A stretch of 62,944 bases of DNA, filler included, from Pelomyxa schiedti (Eukaryota; Protista; Evosea): assembly GCA_020536535.1 (NCBI GenBank). It is 7 parts of 7 records of this genome, joined end to end, with 100 filler letters (N's around TTAATTAATTAA, not from the genome) between each part and the next. Parts side by side here need not be neighbours in the genome. Positions count along the whole stretch, not along the records: positions 53,334 to 62,944 come from JAHLWZ010001290.1; 6 more parts are not named here. One strand, written 5' to 3'. The notes beneath the pieces were generated by a model. It was not told the DNA's origin and ran no database searches. It worked only from the letters and a program-made list of their open reading frames with translations. The position numbers were made by a program, and so were the translations under genes. Below, piece after piece: positions 61,811 to 62,944 of this stretch (position 1 is the first letter of the stretch; every line of letters starts with the position of its first letter).

Positions 61811-62524
61811 GGTCAGGAAGGAGTGAGGAGAGGCTAGGATGTATGGAGCCGGACTGAAATAAACAGTAGGCTTTCATCTCTGCTGCCTTCTCCCATACCT
61901 GCATAATAATTAGGAAGGGCAAGTCATTCAATCTACCTGAGTCCACAGGGAGAGCTACCAGGACTTTTCAATAAGCAGCAACCCAGGTTGTTGAACAGTT
62001 TGCAGGCAAGGTGGGAACAACAACACTTAAAGTAACTTAAATGTCACAGGGTAGACTTGATGTGTCTGCACCAATTTGTGCTGTACAGTGTTGTTTGCAC
62101 TGCTGCAGCCTCTGTCGGCCATTGAATGACACTAGGCCGGTTTCTTTTTGATCAAACAGAACTCAGGTTTCTCAGATCGAAAAAATAAAAAGGTAAAAAA
62201 AGTCCTGGGCTCAGTGATGATCGGAGCTGGCACTCCTCCTGCCAAAGCAAGATCTACAGCAAACCTGGGAGATCTCCTGATGAATCTCCGCTGTGTGGAG
62301 TGTGCGTGTGATGGTGGGGTGGAGAGAAGTGGTTTCTATCTCAGAATCAGTCACCTACTGGAAAACGACAATGTAGACCACTGCAGGCACCTTGTTGAGT
62401 GTTGCTTTGTAGGCCGTTTCAGAACTCACATCCCGCAGACCTAAATCACACTCACCCAAACCAGATATAGTTCTATCAGCAGTCGCAGTGACATCACCAC
62501 ACTGTTTAGAACCATCCTAAAGGA

Positions 62525-62944
62525 TTAGAAGTTATAGAAGTAATAGAGAACACTTTTGTTCACTTGCCGACTTTCGTTTCGGACATCTACAAGGGCTTGT
62601 CTTACAGCTTGTGTGGTTGAAGACATTGAGGAGTACATCTTCGCACACAGAAAGGAAACAACATTGTTGAAGTCAGTCTCCACAAGCCTGGAGGAGACTG
62701 CGTTCGACGCAATCACGACGTTGGTGTATTTGGCAGGCAAGGATCTGACAGCCTCAGCTTCACTTGGACTGGAAAACAATCTACGATCTGTTACTTCTAG
62801 TATTACGTGAAAACAAGACCGTCTCATCGTAGGTGATTGCGGTCCGACCCTTCTTACCCAAATACGCACGTAGGTCTCTGAGTTGTTTCCCATAGATGAC
62901 TTGACTGAACTGGTTCTGGAGGCCATCGATGCTATTCTGAAGCT
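62525..62944 (-). CDS. Hypothetical protein exon at the window edge
   Basis: Open frame of 133+ codons with protein-like composition; no motif recognised. Confidence 0.3.
   Translation of the reverse strand, partial: SFRIASMASRTSSVKSSMGNNSETYVRIWVRRVGPQSPTMRRSCFHVILEVTDRRLFSSPSEAEAVRSLPAKYTNVVIASNAVSSRLVETDFNNVVSFLCAKMYSSMSSTTQAVRQALVDVRNESRQVNKSVLYYFYNF

Overview
Eukaryotic (protist-like) genomic DNA: gene-dense, with many short GT-AG introns, so the ORF track splits or misses most genes. It is not one locus. Six N-TTAATTAATTAA-N spacers join seven unrelated contigs, and three 100-N gaps have duplicated flanks. The gene families resemble what I recall from amoebozoan/archamoebal genomes (e.g. 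Pelomyxa); this is unverified inference. Genes read by hand-splicing: an SH2-domain gene, an inverted tRNA-Glu(TTC) pair, a DENN+WD40 gene head-to-head with a Ras-like GTPase, four members of an unassigned 'ARAQFVALACG' family, an ankyrin-like gene, PIF1, a DOCK DHR-2 GEF, a MORN-coiled coil-RING gene with broken paralogs, a TIR DNA transposon with palindromic subterminal repeats, BRCT-WWE and kinase-Sel1 fragments, and a vWA gene. The strongest candidate for an undescribed system is a tandem array of at least four TRIM-like genes (RING, B-box1, B-box2, coiled coil, two IPT/TIG domains, PRY-SPRY) whose SPRY loops are diversified. It resembles an intracellular recognition/ubiquitin-ligase family in a non-animal. 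All domain calls come from visual motif recognition; no searches were run.
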